A stretch of 64,000 nt of DNA from Eledone cirrhosa (GCA_964016885.1 OZ024752.1:5270001-5334000); one strand, 5' to 3'; shown: positions 26,316 to 41,165, numbered from the stretch's first letter. Numbers and translations are program-made. The notes: generated by a model from the sequence alone, not told the origin.

Positions 26316-26644
26316 GTGAGTATATTGCCTCTTGAAAAACTGAGCAGAAAGCATTCACATTATCACCCCATTCATTCACTAGTCCATTCAAATTCAAACT
26401 ATCTCCTCCCTTGTTTTCTATAATTCTCATCTTGCTTCATTCTCACAACCGTTGCACCATTTAGCTGCATCTTTCTTAACACCACTGCCTTCTTATGCAT
26501 AATTCACACTCAAGCTAGCTTTCAAGATTAACTTATTCTGCACATATTTCTAACTATAAAATAAAAAATAAAACCTTTCTAGATTATTATTGTTTTCATT
26601 GGCAGGGTCATAACGAAAAGGGTGATAACTTTATGCTGCAGAGC

Positions 26645-27278
26645 AGACACCATGCTTTGCAGCATAGAGTTATGGCCCTTTAAGTTCTGAGTTCAAATCC
26701 TGCCGAGGTTAATTTTGCCTTTCATCCTTACAGGGTCGATAAAATAAAATACCAGTAATGCACTGGGGTCAATTTAATCAACTTTCTCCTTTCTCCAAAT
26801 TGCCTAAAGTAGAAATCATGATTATTATTATTATAAGAGCAGTGGATTGGCAGTATCGGTAGAGAGACGCCATGCTTTGCAGCATAGAGTTACGGCCCTT
26901 TACGGTCTGAGTTCAAATCCCGCCGAGGCTAACTTTGCCTTTCAACCTTACGGGGTCGATAAGATAAAGTACCAGTAATGCACTGGGGTCAATTTAATCG
27001 ATTTTCCCCTCCTCCAAAAATTGATGGCCTAGTGCCTAAATCATAATCAATTATCTGGCAGAATTAGTAGAGGGTCGGACGCCATGCTTTGCAGCATAGA
27101 GTTACGTCCCTTTACAGTCTGAGTTCAAATCCTGCCGAGGTTAGTTTTGCCTTTCATCCTTACGGGATCGATAATATAAAGTACCAGTAATGCACTGGGG
27201 TCAATTTAATCGACTTTGCCCTCCCCCAAAATTGCTGGCCTTGTGCCTATATAAGAAACCATTATTATTATTATTATT
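26645..27278 (+). mobile_element. Three head-to-tail SINE family A copies
   Basis: Body repeats at ~26645, ~26836 and ~27055. Confidence 0.9.
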
Positions 27279-27281
27279 GAT

Positions 27282-27620
27282 GGAGGTACATGGCTTAGTG
27301 GTTAGAGCATTGGCCTTGCAATCGAAAGGTTGTGAGTTCAATTCTCAGACCGAGTGATGTGTTGTTTCCTTGAGCAAGACACTTTATTTCACATTGCTCC
27401 AGTTTACTCAGCTGTAGAAATGAGATGATAGGGAGTGGGGTCCATATCATTCCACTGCAAAGTGGTCGTGGAGGTGCCACGGCAAAAAAGCACCCAGCAC
27501 TCACTGTAAATGAGGTTGGTGTTAGGAAGGGCATCCAGCTGTAGAAATCAAGCCAGAATCAGTTCCCGTCCCACCCTGGCAAGCAGGGAAAAGCGGACGT
27601 AAAATGATGATGATGATGAT
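27282..27620 (+). mobile_element. SINE family B, full length
   Basis: tRNA head (TGGCTTAGTGG ... GAGTTCAATTC), CORE-like CCTTGAGCAAGACACTTT...CAGTTTACTCAGCTGTAGAAATG, and a 3' ~170 bp shared with the RTE 3' UTR at 13216-13437. Confidence 0.92.
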
Positions 27621-27937
27621 TGACCCAGGGAGATTGAATAACAATGTTAACCAATGCAAGATATAAATTCAGAAGATAAAGATGTAACTTAATGTTTACA
27701 TGTTTAGCTGTGTTCCTTTATTTTGTGAGTTTAAATCCCACCAAATTTCTGGAAATAAATAGGAATAATCTACTGGAATGGATTTAGTTGACTGTCATCC
27801 CATCTTTGTGGCATGATGCTTTAGTAAAAAATCTTTAGAAGTAGTAGTATACATATACACACACTTTATATATAATGTGTGTGTGTGTATATGTGTATAT
27901 ATGTATATGTATATATGTGTGTGTGTATGTATATATA

Positions 27938-27995
<58 letters not shown>

Positions 27996-30255
27996 TGTAT
28001 ATATGTATATATATGTGTGTGTGAATATCATCATATCCTTCAAATATTATCAACATTTCTATTGATCAGACCTATGACCAAAGAACATCATGGATAATAC
28101 AACAACCGAAAGAACCGAATTCTCACTTTAAATACTTCTCTAAAATAAATAACTAAATACATTAGTACACATACATTTCCATATATAAACTGAGCTTGGC
28201 TTAGTTTTAAGCCAAAATCTGCTGCTATAACTAACTGCATAAAACATAGCAATCGCGGAATTTAGGAGCTAAATCTTTTGACTAAATGTTTACAATAAAG
28301 ATAGGTGGTTCTCAATGATAGGGACGACGTGACATTAACCCAAGGAACACAGTTGTCTCTGCCACATAAATGCAAGTCATCAAAAACAAAAATAATAGAA
28401 AGTATACAAGGGAAATAACTTTGCAAATAATTTCTGCTGTCAAAGAAATTTTTATTAAAAGTTATTTCCCTTTATCTTTAAGGTAATTGTTGAAGATTGT
28501 TTTGGAATAGATAAACAAAACCCATCAAATAATTATCTCCCTTAAACTTGTTTTACACTCACACAAAAAAAAGACTACACTACACTCACAAAAAAAAAAA
28601 GAAACGCTCACCACAGTTTATAATATATTTTTCCTTGTAGTTTAAAAAAAACCCAGTAATGTTGAAAATTGTTGACACACTCGCCTTTACATTTGATTTA
28701 TAGCAGATTCAACAGGCATTAGAATTTCAGATACTAAATATAAATTTACGAGATTGCTTTGCTGTCTATTTCAGTCTGAACAGAGTGTAGATTAGGATTT
28801 AGATAGAAAAATCAGAATAAAAGAATTTTAATGTGTTTAAATATAAATCTCTTTTAAGCTGCAGCATAAGAGGGGAGATAAAGTTGGCGCCAGCTTGTGT
28901 GATAGGTGAAGGAGAGACAAATGGTCCCCTGGATAATGTACATGTCAATTGAAATAAGCCATACCTTGTCTCTTTGTAAATAGGGGTACTTTATATATAA
29001 TGTAATGGGTCATTGAGATATAACTAAAGACATTCTAGTAAGGTACAGTGGATTTACTCTTCCAGTATCTTCCAGTACTGCTAGAGAGTTTGAGCTCAGC
29101 TCTCTAAGCTAGCCAAATGCTAATCAATTAAGTCTGGAAAATGTACATAAAAGGATATATAAATATATATATATATATAAAGTTGTAGTTCCTGTCAGTT
29201 TACATTTTACATTGAGTAATATAGAAATGCAGAGTTTTTCTCCATAAATAATATCACTGATTTAAAATCAATCATCATTTTCTTACAAAAAAAAATGTGT
29301 GAAACGCAGCAACGTCCATGTAATTCGGCTAGTATATATATAGTTCAAGGAAATGACAAAACAGAGGTACAAAAAGTCTTATTAGTTTCACACTTTAATA
29401 GTAAAAACATGGGCACCACCAACAACAGAGCCTCTAAATGGTCACTCAAACTGCTAGAGATAACAGACAAATCTCCCTCAAATAACATCCCAGTGTCTAA
29501 AACAACCCCACCAAAAACGTCATAGGAGATACGATCCTATTTCAAGCTGTAAAAAAAGATGGTACAATCACAGCTAAAAATCTTTTGATCACAAAGCCAC
29601 TTGATCACAGCTGAACTGAGGCTAAACAACAACAACCAGTATCTGGTTGTAAGCAAGCAAGGGATGATGAACTGTAACAAAGGTGAACTGCATGCATCCT
29701 CTACTCTTATACCGATGTTGAGGTAGTTATAACATGATCACAGCTTAAGATATTCACAGTAATATTAAATATAAGTTTATAGTGTGTAAACATATTGTAT
29801 GTTGGTTCATATGTGCTTTTATTTGGAGTCATGCTGTGTATATACGCATATATATGTCATATGCATCTTGGTTAACTGGTAATCATGTTTAGCCAAGCTA
29901 ATGATTCTAATACCAGTCAACCAAAATACATAAAATAAATATGACTTTGCAACATATATCAAGTCAGACCTTCAGTACATGTTTGTTGTTATCTTTATAT
30001 TTATAAATCTACACTGCAATGTTAACATTAATCTTTTGCTCCCTTCTGTGTCTTTCTATCTATTCCTCTCCCCTCTATTGACCTGATGCACCAACACGGC
30101 ACTCTATCTCACTCAACTGCTAACCTCTGTAGCATCTACCTCATAATGTTGTTTCATCTCACAATTAACATCCAAAATTTTTCTCGATATATTTTTCCTT
30201 GGTTAAGTTATTTTGCATACTTTATTTCATCACTCTTTGTTTCCAGGTAGAAGTA

Positions 30256-30429
30256 CAGGTAAAATTCCATTATAACAAATTTTTCAGTATAATGAAATTT
30301 TTTCAAATCCCCAAGGTAATAACAAACAAATGCTCGATTTGTTTCGGTCGATCCGATTATAAAGAATTTTTCATTACAACAAATTCTTTTTTTATATCCT
30401 GTGAATTTCGTTATAACGGAATTTCACTG
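30256..30429. mobile_element. pogo/Tigger-type MITE
   Basis: TA-CAGGTAAAATTCCATTATAAC ... GTTATAACGGAATTTCACTG-TA. Confidence 0.8.
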
Positions 30430-30839
30430 TATTCTGGTTTGTACATACATCTTTTTCCTTTTATATATATATTTAGTGAAAATGACACATTCTGTCTTAT
30501 GATACTGTTTTATTTTGTTATGTTGCAATCCTGTATGCACTGGTGGGAATGATAATAACTTTTATGCACTGAAATCATAGTGATCTCTAGTAGCTGACTA
30601 GAAGGGATATGTCTGCATTTTTTCTGTTGTCCATCTTTATCACATGAGCCAGTATATGGAATTATATTTAATACTGCTTAGCTATGCAGGCTTCATATGA
30701 CTTCTGTCTAAAAAAAATAGGCTACACACCACTTATGACCATTTTTTCTCTTCTTCTTACCTATTTATATATTGATCTAATCGACTTTCCCCTCCCCAAA
30801 AATTGTTGGTCTTGTACCTAAATCAGAAATCATTATTAT

Positions 30840-31075
30840 TATCATTTTGCACAATATTACTGCATTACTGAGCACAGCTCTGTGCACCATGGATATGTGC
30901 AGTGTGGTTTTTGGTGGTGTTGTTTCTATTGTATTGAGGCTACTCTTCATAATATGTATAAGGTGCCTAGTTGTGCTGCTTTTTGTGTGCTGTATATATT
31001 TATAAGTCCTGGGATTTTTGTTATGTAGCTGTCTGTGTGTTTTTTTTATCATTTCCAGAACACCTATTATCATAG
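30840..31075 (-). mobile_element. R4/Dong-like LINE 3' fragment (second family)
   Basis: IIGVLEMIKK..., a degenerate RLE C-terminus with a (TAA)n tail. Confidence 0.6.
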
Positions 31076-31189
31076 ATATTGTTTACTATTATTGTTATTA
31101 TTTGAGACTTCCATTCAATTCTGCTTCTTTCCTAAACCATGCAGAGAGTCAACCTGATTATTATTATTATTATTATTATTGTTCTTTAA

Positions 31190-31470
31190 GTCTAGTCATT
31201 GATGTTATTTAACTGGAAAGTTTGTTGAAATGAATATCAAGCCACTACCTGCAGCCTCAAATATTCAGGACGTATCGGAGGGTTCTTGCTGTTCCCAGCA
31301 AGCATGCCTTTTGAAGTGTTCCAAAAAGCGGGGCGGGACCATGTTTCTTTAACCATCCTTGGAAACTCTTTGAGATAGTACCTAGTGCTTCTATCACAAT
31401 CGGGACCACTTTGACTTCATGGCAGTTCCAAATCCTTTTTACCTCCTACCTTAAGTCCTGGTAACGGTTA
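31190..31470 (-). mobile_element. R4/Dong-like LINE 3' fragment between (TAT)n runs
   Basis: RYQDLR*EVKRIWNCHEVKVVPIVIEALGTISK...LQKACLLGTARTLRYVLNI*. Confidence 0.85.
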
Positions 31471-31471
31471 A

Positions 31472-31504
<33 letters not shown>

Positions 31505-31516
<12 letters not shown>

Positions 31517-34500
31517 GTTGTTTCTTCGCTCAACTTCTAATGCTTGAGATGTATTACAGTGTTAGCTGTTCACTACCAGTATCACAGTGTTGTTCACTAC
31601 CAGTATTACAGTGTTAGCTGTTCACTACCAGTATTACAGTGTTAGCTGTTCACTACCAGTATTACAGTGTTAGCTGTTCACTACCAGTATTACAGTGTTA
31701 GCTGTTCACTACCAGTGTTACAGTGTTAGCTGTTCACTACCAGTGTTACAGTGTTAGCTGTTCACTACCAGTGTTACAGTGTTAGCTGTTCACTACCAGT
31801 ATTACAGTGTTAGCTGTTCACTACCAGTATTACAGTGTTAGCTGTTCACTACCAGTGTTACAGTGTTAGCTGTTCACTACCAGTATTACAGTGTTAGCTG
31901 TTCACTACCAGTATTACAGTGTTAGCTGTTCACTACCAGTATTACAGTGTTGTTCACTGCCAGTATTACAGTGTTAGCTGTTCATTACCAGTATTACAGT
32001 GTTGTTCACTGCCAGTATTACAGTGTTAGCTGTTCACTACCAGTATTACAGTGTTAGCTGTTCACTACTAGTATTACAGTGTTAGCTGTTCACTACCAGT
32101 ATTACAGTGTTGTTCACTGCCAGTATTACAGTGTTAGCTGTTCACTACCAGTATTACAGTGTTAGCTGTTCACTACCAGTATTACAGTGTTAGCTGTTCA
32201 CTACCAGTATTACAGTGTTGTTCACTGCCAGTATTACAGTGTTAGCTGTTCACTACCAGTATTACAGTGTTGTTCACTGCCAGTATTACAGTGTTAGCTG
32301 TTCACTGCCAGTATTACAGTGTTAGCTGTTCACTACCAGTATTACAGTGTTAGCTGTTCACTACCAGTATTACAGTGTTAGCTGTTCACTACCAGTATTA
32401 CAGTGTTGTTCACTACCAGTGTTACAGTGTTAGCTGTTCACTACCAGTATTACAGTGTTAGCTGTTCACTACCAGTATTACAGTGTTGTTCACTACCAGT
32501 GTTACAGTGTTAGCTGTTCACTACCAGTGTTACAGTGTTAGCTGTTCACTACCAGTATTACAGTGTTAGCTGTTCACTACCAGTATTACAGTGTTAGCTG
32601 TTCACTACCAATATTACAGTGTTAGCTGTTCACTACCAGTATTACAGTGTTGTTCACTACCAGTATTACAGTGTTAGCTGTTCACTACCAGTGTTACAGT
32701 GTTAGCTGTTCACTACCAGTGTTACAGTGTTAGCTGTTCACTACCAGTGTTACAGTGTTAGCTGTTCACTACCAGCATTACAGTGTTAGCTGTTCACTAC
32801 CAGTGTTACAGTGTTAGCTGTTCACTACCAGTATTACAGTGTTAGCTGTTCACTACCAGTATTACAGTGTTATCTGTTCACTACCAGTATTACAGTGTTA
32901 GCTGTTCACTACCAGTATTACAGTGTTAGCTGTTCACTACCAGTATTACAGTGTTAGCTGTTCACTACCAATATTACAGTGTTAGCTGTTCACTACCAGT
33001 ATTACAGTGTTGTTCACTACCAGTATTACAGTGTTAGCTGTTCACTACCAGTGTTACAGTGTTAGCTGTTCACTACCAGTATTACAGTGTTAGCTGTTCA
33101 CTACCAGTGTTACAGTGTTAGCTGTTCACTACCAATATTACAGTGTTGTTCACTACCAGTATTACAGTGTTAGCTGTTCACTACCAGTATTACAGTGTTA
33201 GCTGTTCACTACCAGTATTACAGTGTTAGCTGTTCACTACCAGTGTTACAGTGTTAGCTGTTCACTACCAGTATTACAGTGTTAGCTGTTCACTACCAGT
33301 ATTACAGTGTTAGCTGTTCACTACCAGTGTTACAGTGTTAGCTGTTCACTACCAGTATTACAATGTTAGCTGTTCACTACCAGTATTACAGTGTTATCTG
33401 TTCACTACCAGTATTACAGTGTTAGCTGTTCACTACCAGTATTACAGTGTTAGCTGTTCACTACCAGTATTACAGTGTTAGCTGTTCACTACCAATATTA
33501 CAGTGTTAGCTGTTCACTACCAGTATTACAGTGTTGTTCACTACCAGTATTACAGTGTTAGCTGTTCACTACCAGTGTTACAGTGTTAGCTGTTCACTAC
33601 CAGTATTACAGTGTTAGCTGTTCACTACCAGTGTTACAGTGTTAGCTGTTCACTACCAGTATTACAGTGTTGTTCACTACCAGTATTACAGTGTTAGCTG
33701 TTCACTACCAGTATTACAGTGTTAGCTGTTCACTACCAGTATTACAGTGTTAGCTGTTCACTACCAGTGTTACAGTGTTAGCTGTTCACTACCAGTATTA
33801 CAGTGTTAGCTGTTCACTACCAGTATTACAGTGTTAGCTGTTCACTACCAGTGTTACAGTGTTAGCTGTTCACTACCAGTATTACAGTGTTGTTCACTAC
33901 CAGTGTTACAGTGTTAGCTGTTCACTACCAGTATTACAGTGTTAGCTGTTCACTACCAGTATTACAGTGTTAGCTGTTCACTACCAGTATTACAGTGTTA
34001 GCTGTTCACTACCAGTATTACAGTGTTAGCTGTTCACTACCAGTGTTACAGTGTTAGCTGTTCACTACCAGTGTTACAGTGTTGTTCACTACCAGTATTA
34101 CAGTGTTGTTCACTACCAGTATTACAGTGTTAGCTGTTCACTACCAGTATTACAGTGTTAGCTGTTCACTACCAGTATTACAGTGTTGTTCACTACCAGT
34201 ATTACAGTGTTAGCTGTTCACTACCAGTATTACAGTGTTAGCTGTTCACTACCAGTATTACAGTGTTAGCTGTTCACTACCAGTATTACAGTGTTAGCTG
34301 TTCACTACCAGTATTACAGTGTTAGCTGTTCACTACCAGTGTTACAGTGTTAGCTGTTCACTACCAGTGTTACAGTGTTGTTCACTACCAGTATTACAGT
34401 GTTGTTCACTACCAGTATTACAGTGTTAGCTGTTCACTACCAGTATTACAGTGTTAGCTGTTCACTACCAGTATTACAGTGTTGTTCACTACCAGTATTA

Positions 34501-37215
34501 CAGTGTTAGCTGTTCACTACCAGTATTACAGTGTTAGCTGTTCACTACCAGTATTACAGTGTTAGCTGTTCACTACCAGTGTTACAGTGTTAGCTGTTCA
34601 CTACCAGTATTACAGTGTTAGCTGTTCACTACCAGTGTTACAGTGTTAGCTGTTCACTACCAGTATTACAGTGTTGTTCACTACCAGTGTTACAGTGTTA
34701 GCTGTTCACTACCAGTATTACAGTGTTAGCTGTTCACTACCAGTATTACAGTGTTAGCTGTTCACTACCAGTATTACAGTGTTAGCTGTTCACTACCAGT
34801 ATTACAGTGTTAGCTGTTCACTACCAGTGTTACAGTGTTAGCTGTTCACTACCAGTGTTACAGTGTTAGCTGTTCACTACCAGTATTACAGTGTTAGCTG
34901 TTCACTACCAGTATTACAGTGTTAGCTGTTCACTACCAGTATTACAGTGTTAGCTGTTCACTACCAGTGTTACAGTGTTAGCTGTTCACTACCAGTGTTA
35001 CAGTGTTAGCTGTTCACTACCAGTGTTACAGTGTTAGCTGTTCACTACCAGTGTTACAGTGTTAGCTGTTCACTACCAGTATTACAGTGTTAGCTGTTCA
35101 CTACCAGTGTTACAGTGTTAGCTGTTCACTACCAGTGTTACAGTGTTAGCTGTTCACTACCAGTATTACAGTGTTAGCTGTTCACTACCAGTATTACAGT
35201 GTTAGCTGTTCACTACCAGTGTTACAGTGTTAGCTGTTCACTACCAGTGTTACAGTGTTAGCTGTTCACTACCAGTGTTACAGTGTTAGCTGTTCACTAC
35301 CAGTGTTACAGTGTTAGCTGTTCACTACCAGTGTTACAGTGTTAGCTGTTCACTACCAGTATTACAGTGTTAGCTGTTCACTACCAGTATTACAGTGTTA
35401 GCTGTTCACTACCAGTGTTACAGTGTTAGCTGTTCACTACCAGTGTTACAGTGTTAGCTGTTCACTACCAGTGTTACAGTGTTAGCTGTTCACTACCAGT
35501 ATTACAGTGTTAGCTGTTCACTACCAGTATTACAGTGTTAGCTGTTCACTACCAGTATTACAGTGTTAGCTGTTCACTACCAGTATTACAGTGTTAGCTG
35601 TTCACTACCAGTATTACAGTGTTGTTCACTACCAGTATTACAGTGTTAGCTGTTCACTACCAGTATTACAGTGTTAGCTGTTCACTACCAGTGTTACAGT
35701 GTTAGCTGTTCACTACCAGTGTTACAGTGTTAGCTGTTCACTACCAGTATTACAGTGTTAGCTGTTCACTACCAATATTACAGTGTTAGCTGTTCACTAC
35801 CAGTATTACAGTGTTAGCTGTTCACTACCAATATTACAGTGTTAGCTGTTCACTACCAGTATTACAGTGTTAGCTGTTCACTACCAGTATTACAGTGTTA
35901 GCTGTTCACTACCAATATTACAGTGTTAGCTGTTCACTACCAGTATTACAGTGTTAGCTGTTCACTACCAATATTACAGTGTTAGCTGTTCACTACCAGT
36001 ATTACAGTGTTAGCTGTTCACTACCAATATTACAGTGTTAGCTGTTCACTACCAGTATTACAGTGTTAGCTGTTCACTACCAGTATTACAGTGTTAGCTG
36101 TTCACTACCAATATTACAGTGTTAGCTGTTCACTACCAGTGTTACAGTGTTAGCTGTTCACTACCAGTATTACAGTGTTAGCTGTTCACTACCAGTATTA
36201 CAGTGTTAGCTGTTCACTACCAGTATTACAGTGTTGTTCACTACCAGTATTACAGTGTTAGCTGTTCACTACCAGTATTACAGTGTTAGCTGTTCACTAC
36301 CAGTGTTACAGTGTTAGCTGTTCACTACCAGTGTTACAGTGTTAGCTGTTCACTACCAGTATTACAGTGTTAGCTGTTCACTACCAATATTACAGTGTTA
36401 GCTGTTCACTACCAGTATTACAGTGTTAGCTGTTCACTACCAGTGTTACAGTGTTAGCTGTTCACTACCAGTGTTACAGTGTTAGCTGTTCACTACCAGT
36501 ATTACAGTGTTAGCTGTTCACTACCAGTATTACAGTGTTAGCTGTTCACTACCAGTGTTACAGTGTTAGCTGTTCACTACCAGTGTTACAGTGTTAGCTG
36601 TTCACTACCAGTGTTACAGTGTTAGCTGTTCACTACCAGTATTACAGTGTTAGCTGTTCACTACCAGTATTACAGTGTTAGCTGTTCACTACCAATATTA
36701 CAGTGTTAGCTGTTCACTACCAGTGTTACAGTGTTAGCTGTTCACTACCAGTATTACAGTGTTAGCTGTTCACTACCAGTATTACAGTGTTAGCTGTTCA
36801 CTACCAATATTACAGTGTTAGCTGTTCACTACCAGTGTTACAGTGTTAGCTGTTCACTACCAGTGTTACAGTGTTAGCTGTTCACTACCAGTATTACAGT
36901 GTTAGCTGTTCACTACCAGTATTACAGTGTTAGCTGTTCACTACCAGTATTACAGTGTTAGCTGTTCACTACCAGTGAACTGAGGTAACAACCCCTTATT
37001 TTTCGAGTACCTTCAGAGTACTCGAGCTGTTCCAAGCAATACTGTTTTTGTGTTCCAATCCATACTGCAATCCCAATTTGTTTAATCTTCTTCTCAACAT
37101 CTCTATTCACTGTTCCCAACACTCCAACTATTATTGGTATTACCAACAACTGTTTCAGTCACCACTACTGCTTAATCTGCCAAGCTAACCTGTCATATCT
37201 ATCATTTTTTTTCTT
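31505..37215 (-). mobile_element. R4/Dong-like LINE 3' fragment (third family) whose 3' UTR is expanded into a 5.4-kb minisatellite
   Basis: 36977-37215 encodes DRYDRLAWQIKQ...VIPIIVGVLGTV. The UTR resumes at 31517-31550 and ends in (TAA)n. Confidence 0.75.
31551..36976. repeat. 28-bp minisatellite (~195 units, with 24-bp deletion variants)
   Basis: Unit GT(A/G)TTACAGTGTTAGCTGTTCACTACCA; some units lack AGCT. Confidence 0.98.
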
Positions 37216-37287
37216 TCTTTATCGCCCTGTACAATCCTATGCTGTCATTAATATATTTTTTGTAAACTCTTTGTGGTTAATAAAGAA

Positions 37288-37317
<30 letters not shown>

Positions 37318-37319
<2 letters not shown>

Positions 37320-37525
37320 GCAGTATCACTAGAGCATCGGACACCATGCTTTGCAGCATGGAGTTACGGCCCTTTACAGTCTGAGTTCAAATCCTGCCGA
37401 TATTAGCTTTTCATTTCATCAATACGGGATTGATCAAATAAAGCACCAGTAATGCATAGGAGTGGATTTAATCGACTTCCCCTCCCCTTCATATTGTTGT
37501 CCTTCAGCGTTAAGTAGAAGCAGTC
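37318..37525 (+). mobile_element. SINE family A copy
   Basis: Diverged head and body following (ATT)n. Confidence 0.8.
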
Positions 37526-37604
37526 ATTATATATATAAGTTTATATGTGCCAACATCTTTATACATCATTTTATTCTAACAATTTTCTTTTCTATTTTTT
37601 TCAG

Positions 37605-37619
37605 GAACCAGAAGTATAG
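37605..37619 (+). CDS. robo: Probable terminal coding exon of the Robo-type gene (EPEV-stop)
   Basis: Branch point ttCTAAC, pyrimidine tract, tcAG|GAA CCA GAA GTA TAG. Phase 0 matches the donor at 26316. AATAAA follows at 37693. Confidence 0.6.
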   Translation, partial: EPEV

Positions 37620-37692
37620 TAAATGACCAGAATTAAATCCCTCTTCTCCAAATCCTGAATAATTTATCATAGAATCATCATTTTTAGTGGTC

Positions 37693-37698
37693 AATAAA
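37693..37698 (+). promoter_or_regulatory. Candidate proximal polyadenylation signal
   Basis: AATAAA shortly after the stop codon; weak evidence in AT-rich DNA. Confidence 0.35.
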
Positions 37699-37906
37699 GA
37701 ATACCAGTCTATATACATACTAACACACATATACACACATGTATATAAATATATATATATTATAATTATATACATATATGTGTGTGTCTGAGTGCATGTT
37801 TATGTATGTATATATAAATAAATACATATATATGTATATATATATATATGTCTATATGTATATATATATATATACATATAAAAATAAATATATATATATA
37901 TGTGTG

Positions 37907-37945
<39 letters not shown>

Positions 37946-37952
37946 GTATATG

Positions 37953-38034
<82 letters not shown>

Positions 38035-38038
38035 ATAA

Positions 38039-38117
38039 ATTGGGTTGTAAGTAACTTCCCCTGTTTTTATAGTTTCTTTGTTTTCAAAAACGGCGGGCAT
38101 TTATGTTACAATCTAAT
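38039..38117. mobile_element. ~80-bp mariner-type MITE
   Basis: Imperfect TIRs ATTGGGTTGTAAGTAACTTCCC / GGGCATTTATGTTACAATCTAAT in a TA context. Confidence 0.55.
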
Positions 38118-38245
38118 ATATGTATATGTATATATATATATATATTTATATATATATTTATATATATAAATATATACATATATATTTATATACATATATA
38201 TATAAATATATATATATATGTTTATATATATATATATATATATAT

Positions 38246-38280
<35 letters not shown>

Positions 38281-38401
38281 TATATATATATATATATATA
38301 TGTTTATATATATATATGTTTATATATATATATATATGTTCATATATATATATATATGTTGATATATATATATATATATATGTTTATATATATATATCTG
38401 T

Positions 38402-38461
<60 letters not shown>

Positions 38462-38533
38462 ATATTTATATATATATATATATATATAACATATATATAT
38501 ATAAATATATATATATATGTTTATATATATATT

Positions 38534-38600
<67 letters not shown>

Positions 38601-38602
38601 TC

Positions 38603-38634
<32 letters not shown>

Positions 38635-38698
38635 GTTATATATATATATATATATCATCATCATCATCATTTAACGTCCATTTTCCATGCTAGCATGG

Positions 38699-38743
<45 letters not shown>

Positions 38744-38895
38744 TATATATAGATATATATATGTTTATATATATATGTGTTTATATATATATATATATGT
38801 TTATATATATATATATGTTTATATATATATGTTTATATATATATATGTTTATATATATATATTTATATATATATATATATATGTTTATATATATA

Positions 38896-38984
<89 letters not shown>

Positions 38985-38989
38985 ATATG

Positions 38990-39020
<31 letters not shown>

Positions 39021-39153
39021 GTATATATTTATATATATATATATATATATATCTATGTATGTATATATATATATATATATTTATATATATCTATATATAT
39101 ATATTTATATATATATATGTATATATATATTTATATATATATATGTATATATT

Positions 39154-39207
<54 letters not shown>

Positions 39208-39277
39208 TTTGTATATATATATATATGTATATATATATGTATATATATATATATAGATATATGTATATATATATGTG

Positions 39278-39326
<49 letters not shown>

Positions 39327-39327
39327 G

Positions 39328-39386
<59 letters not shown>

Positions 39387-39403
39387 ATATATATATGTAT
39401 ATA

Positions 39404-39478
<75 letters not shown>

Positions 39479-39533
39479 GTGTGTATATATATATGTATAT
39501 ATGTATATATATATATATGTATATATATATATG

Positions 39534-39564
<31 letters not shown>

Positions 39565-39621
39565 GTATAAATATATATATGTATATATATATATATATGT
39601 ATATATTTATATATATGTATA

Positions 39622-39672
<51 letters not shown>

Positions 39673-39739
39673 TTATATATATGTATATATATATATATAT
39701 GTATATATTTATACATGTATGTATATATATATATGTATG

Positions 39740-39778
<39 letters not shown>

Positions 39779-39887
39779 TTAAATATATATATATATATAT
39801 GTAAATATTTATATATCTATATGTAAATATATATATCAATATATATAGATGTAAATATCTATATCTATATATATGTATATATCTATA

Positions 39888-39938
<51 letters not shown>

Positions 39939-40117
39939 TTGATGATGATGATATGTATATATATGTGTAGATATATATATGTAGATATATAAAGATATGT
40001 ATATATATATATATATGTAAATATATATATGTAAATATATATGTGTAAATAAGTATATGGAAATATATATATGTATATATATATATATACATATAAATAT
40101 ATGTAAATCTATATATG

Positions 40118-40195
<78 letters not shown>

Positions 40196-40483
40196 TATAT
40201 ATACATATATATATATATAGTAATAATAATAAATTTGAAGACTAAAATCCAAAGAGGGCTTGATAAGGATAAATATATATCAAATATATAAGAACCATTA
40301 TATAAGAACTATTATATAAGAATCTGTTATTTTAATAAATATATATATTTATATATATATGTGTGTATATATATATTTAAATATATATATATATTTATAT
40401 ATGTAAATATATATGTAAATATATATATAGATATTTATATATATATATATATATATAAATATATATGTAAATATATATATAGA

Positions 40484-40530
<47 letters not shown>

Positions 40531-40547
40531 GTAAATATATATATATA

Positions 40548-40595
<48 letters not shown>

Positions 40596-40667
40596 AATAT
40601 ATATATATATATGTAAATATATATATATTGTAAATATATATGTATTGTAAATATATATATATATATG

Positions 40668-40714
<47 letters not shown>

Positions 40715-40824
40715 GTGTATATATATATATATATATGTAAATATATATATATAAATAAATATATATATATATATAAATATAAATATATATATATATGTAA
40801 ATATATTTATATATATATATGTAA

Positions 40825-40901
<77 letters not shown>

Positions 40902-41040
40902 AATATATATCTATATATATATATGTAAATATATACATATATAAATATATATATATATATGTAAATATATATATATATGTAAATATATATATATATGTAA
41001 ATATATATATATATATGTAAATATATCTATCTATATATAT

Positions 41041-41095
<55 letters not shown>

Positions 41096-41096
41096 A

Positions 41097-41165
<69 letters not shown>

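Noticed and set aside
27282-27352. tRNA gene
   Set aside because: The acceptor and T stems do not pair properly and the sequence continues into a SINE body; it is a SINE head.
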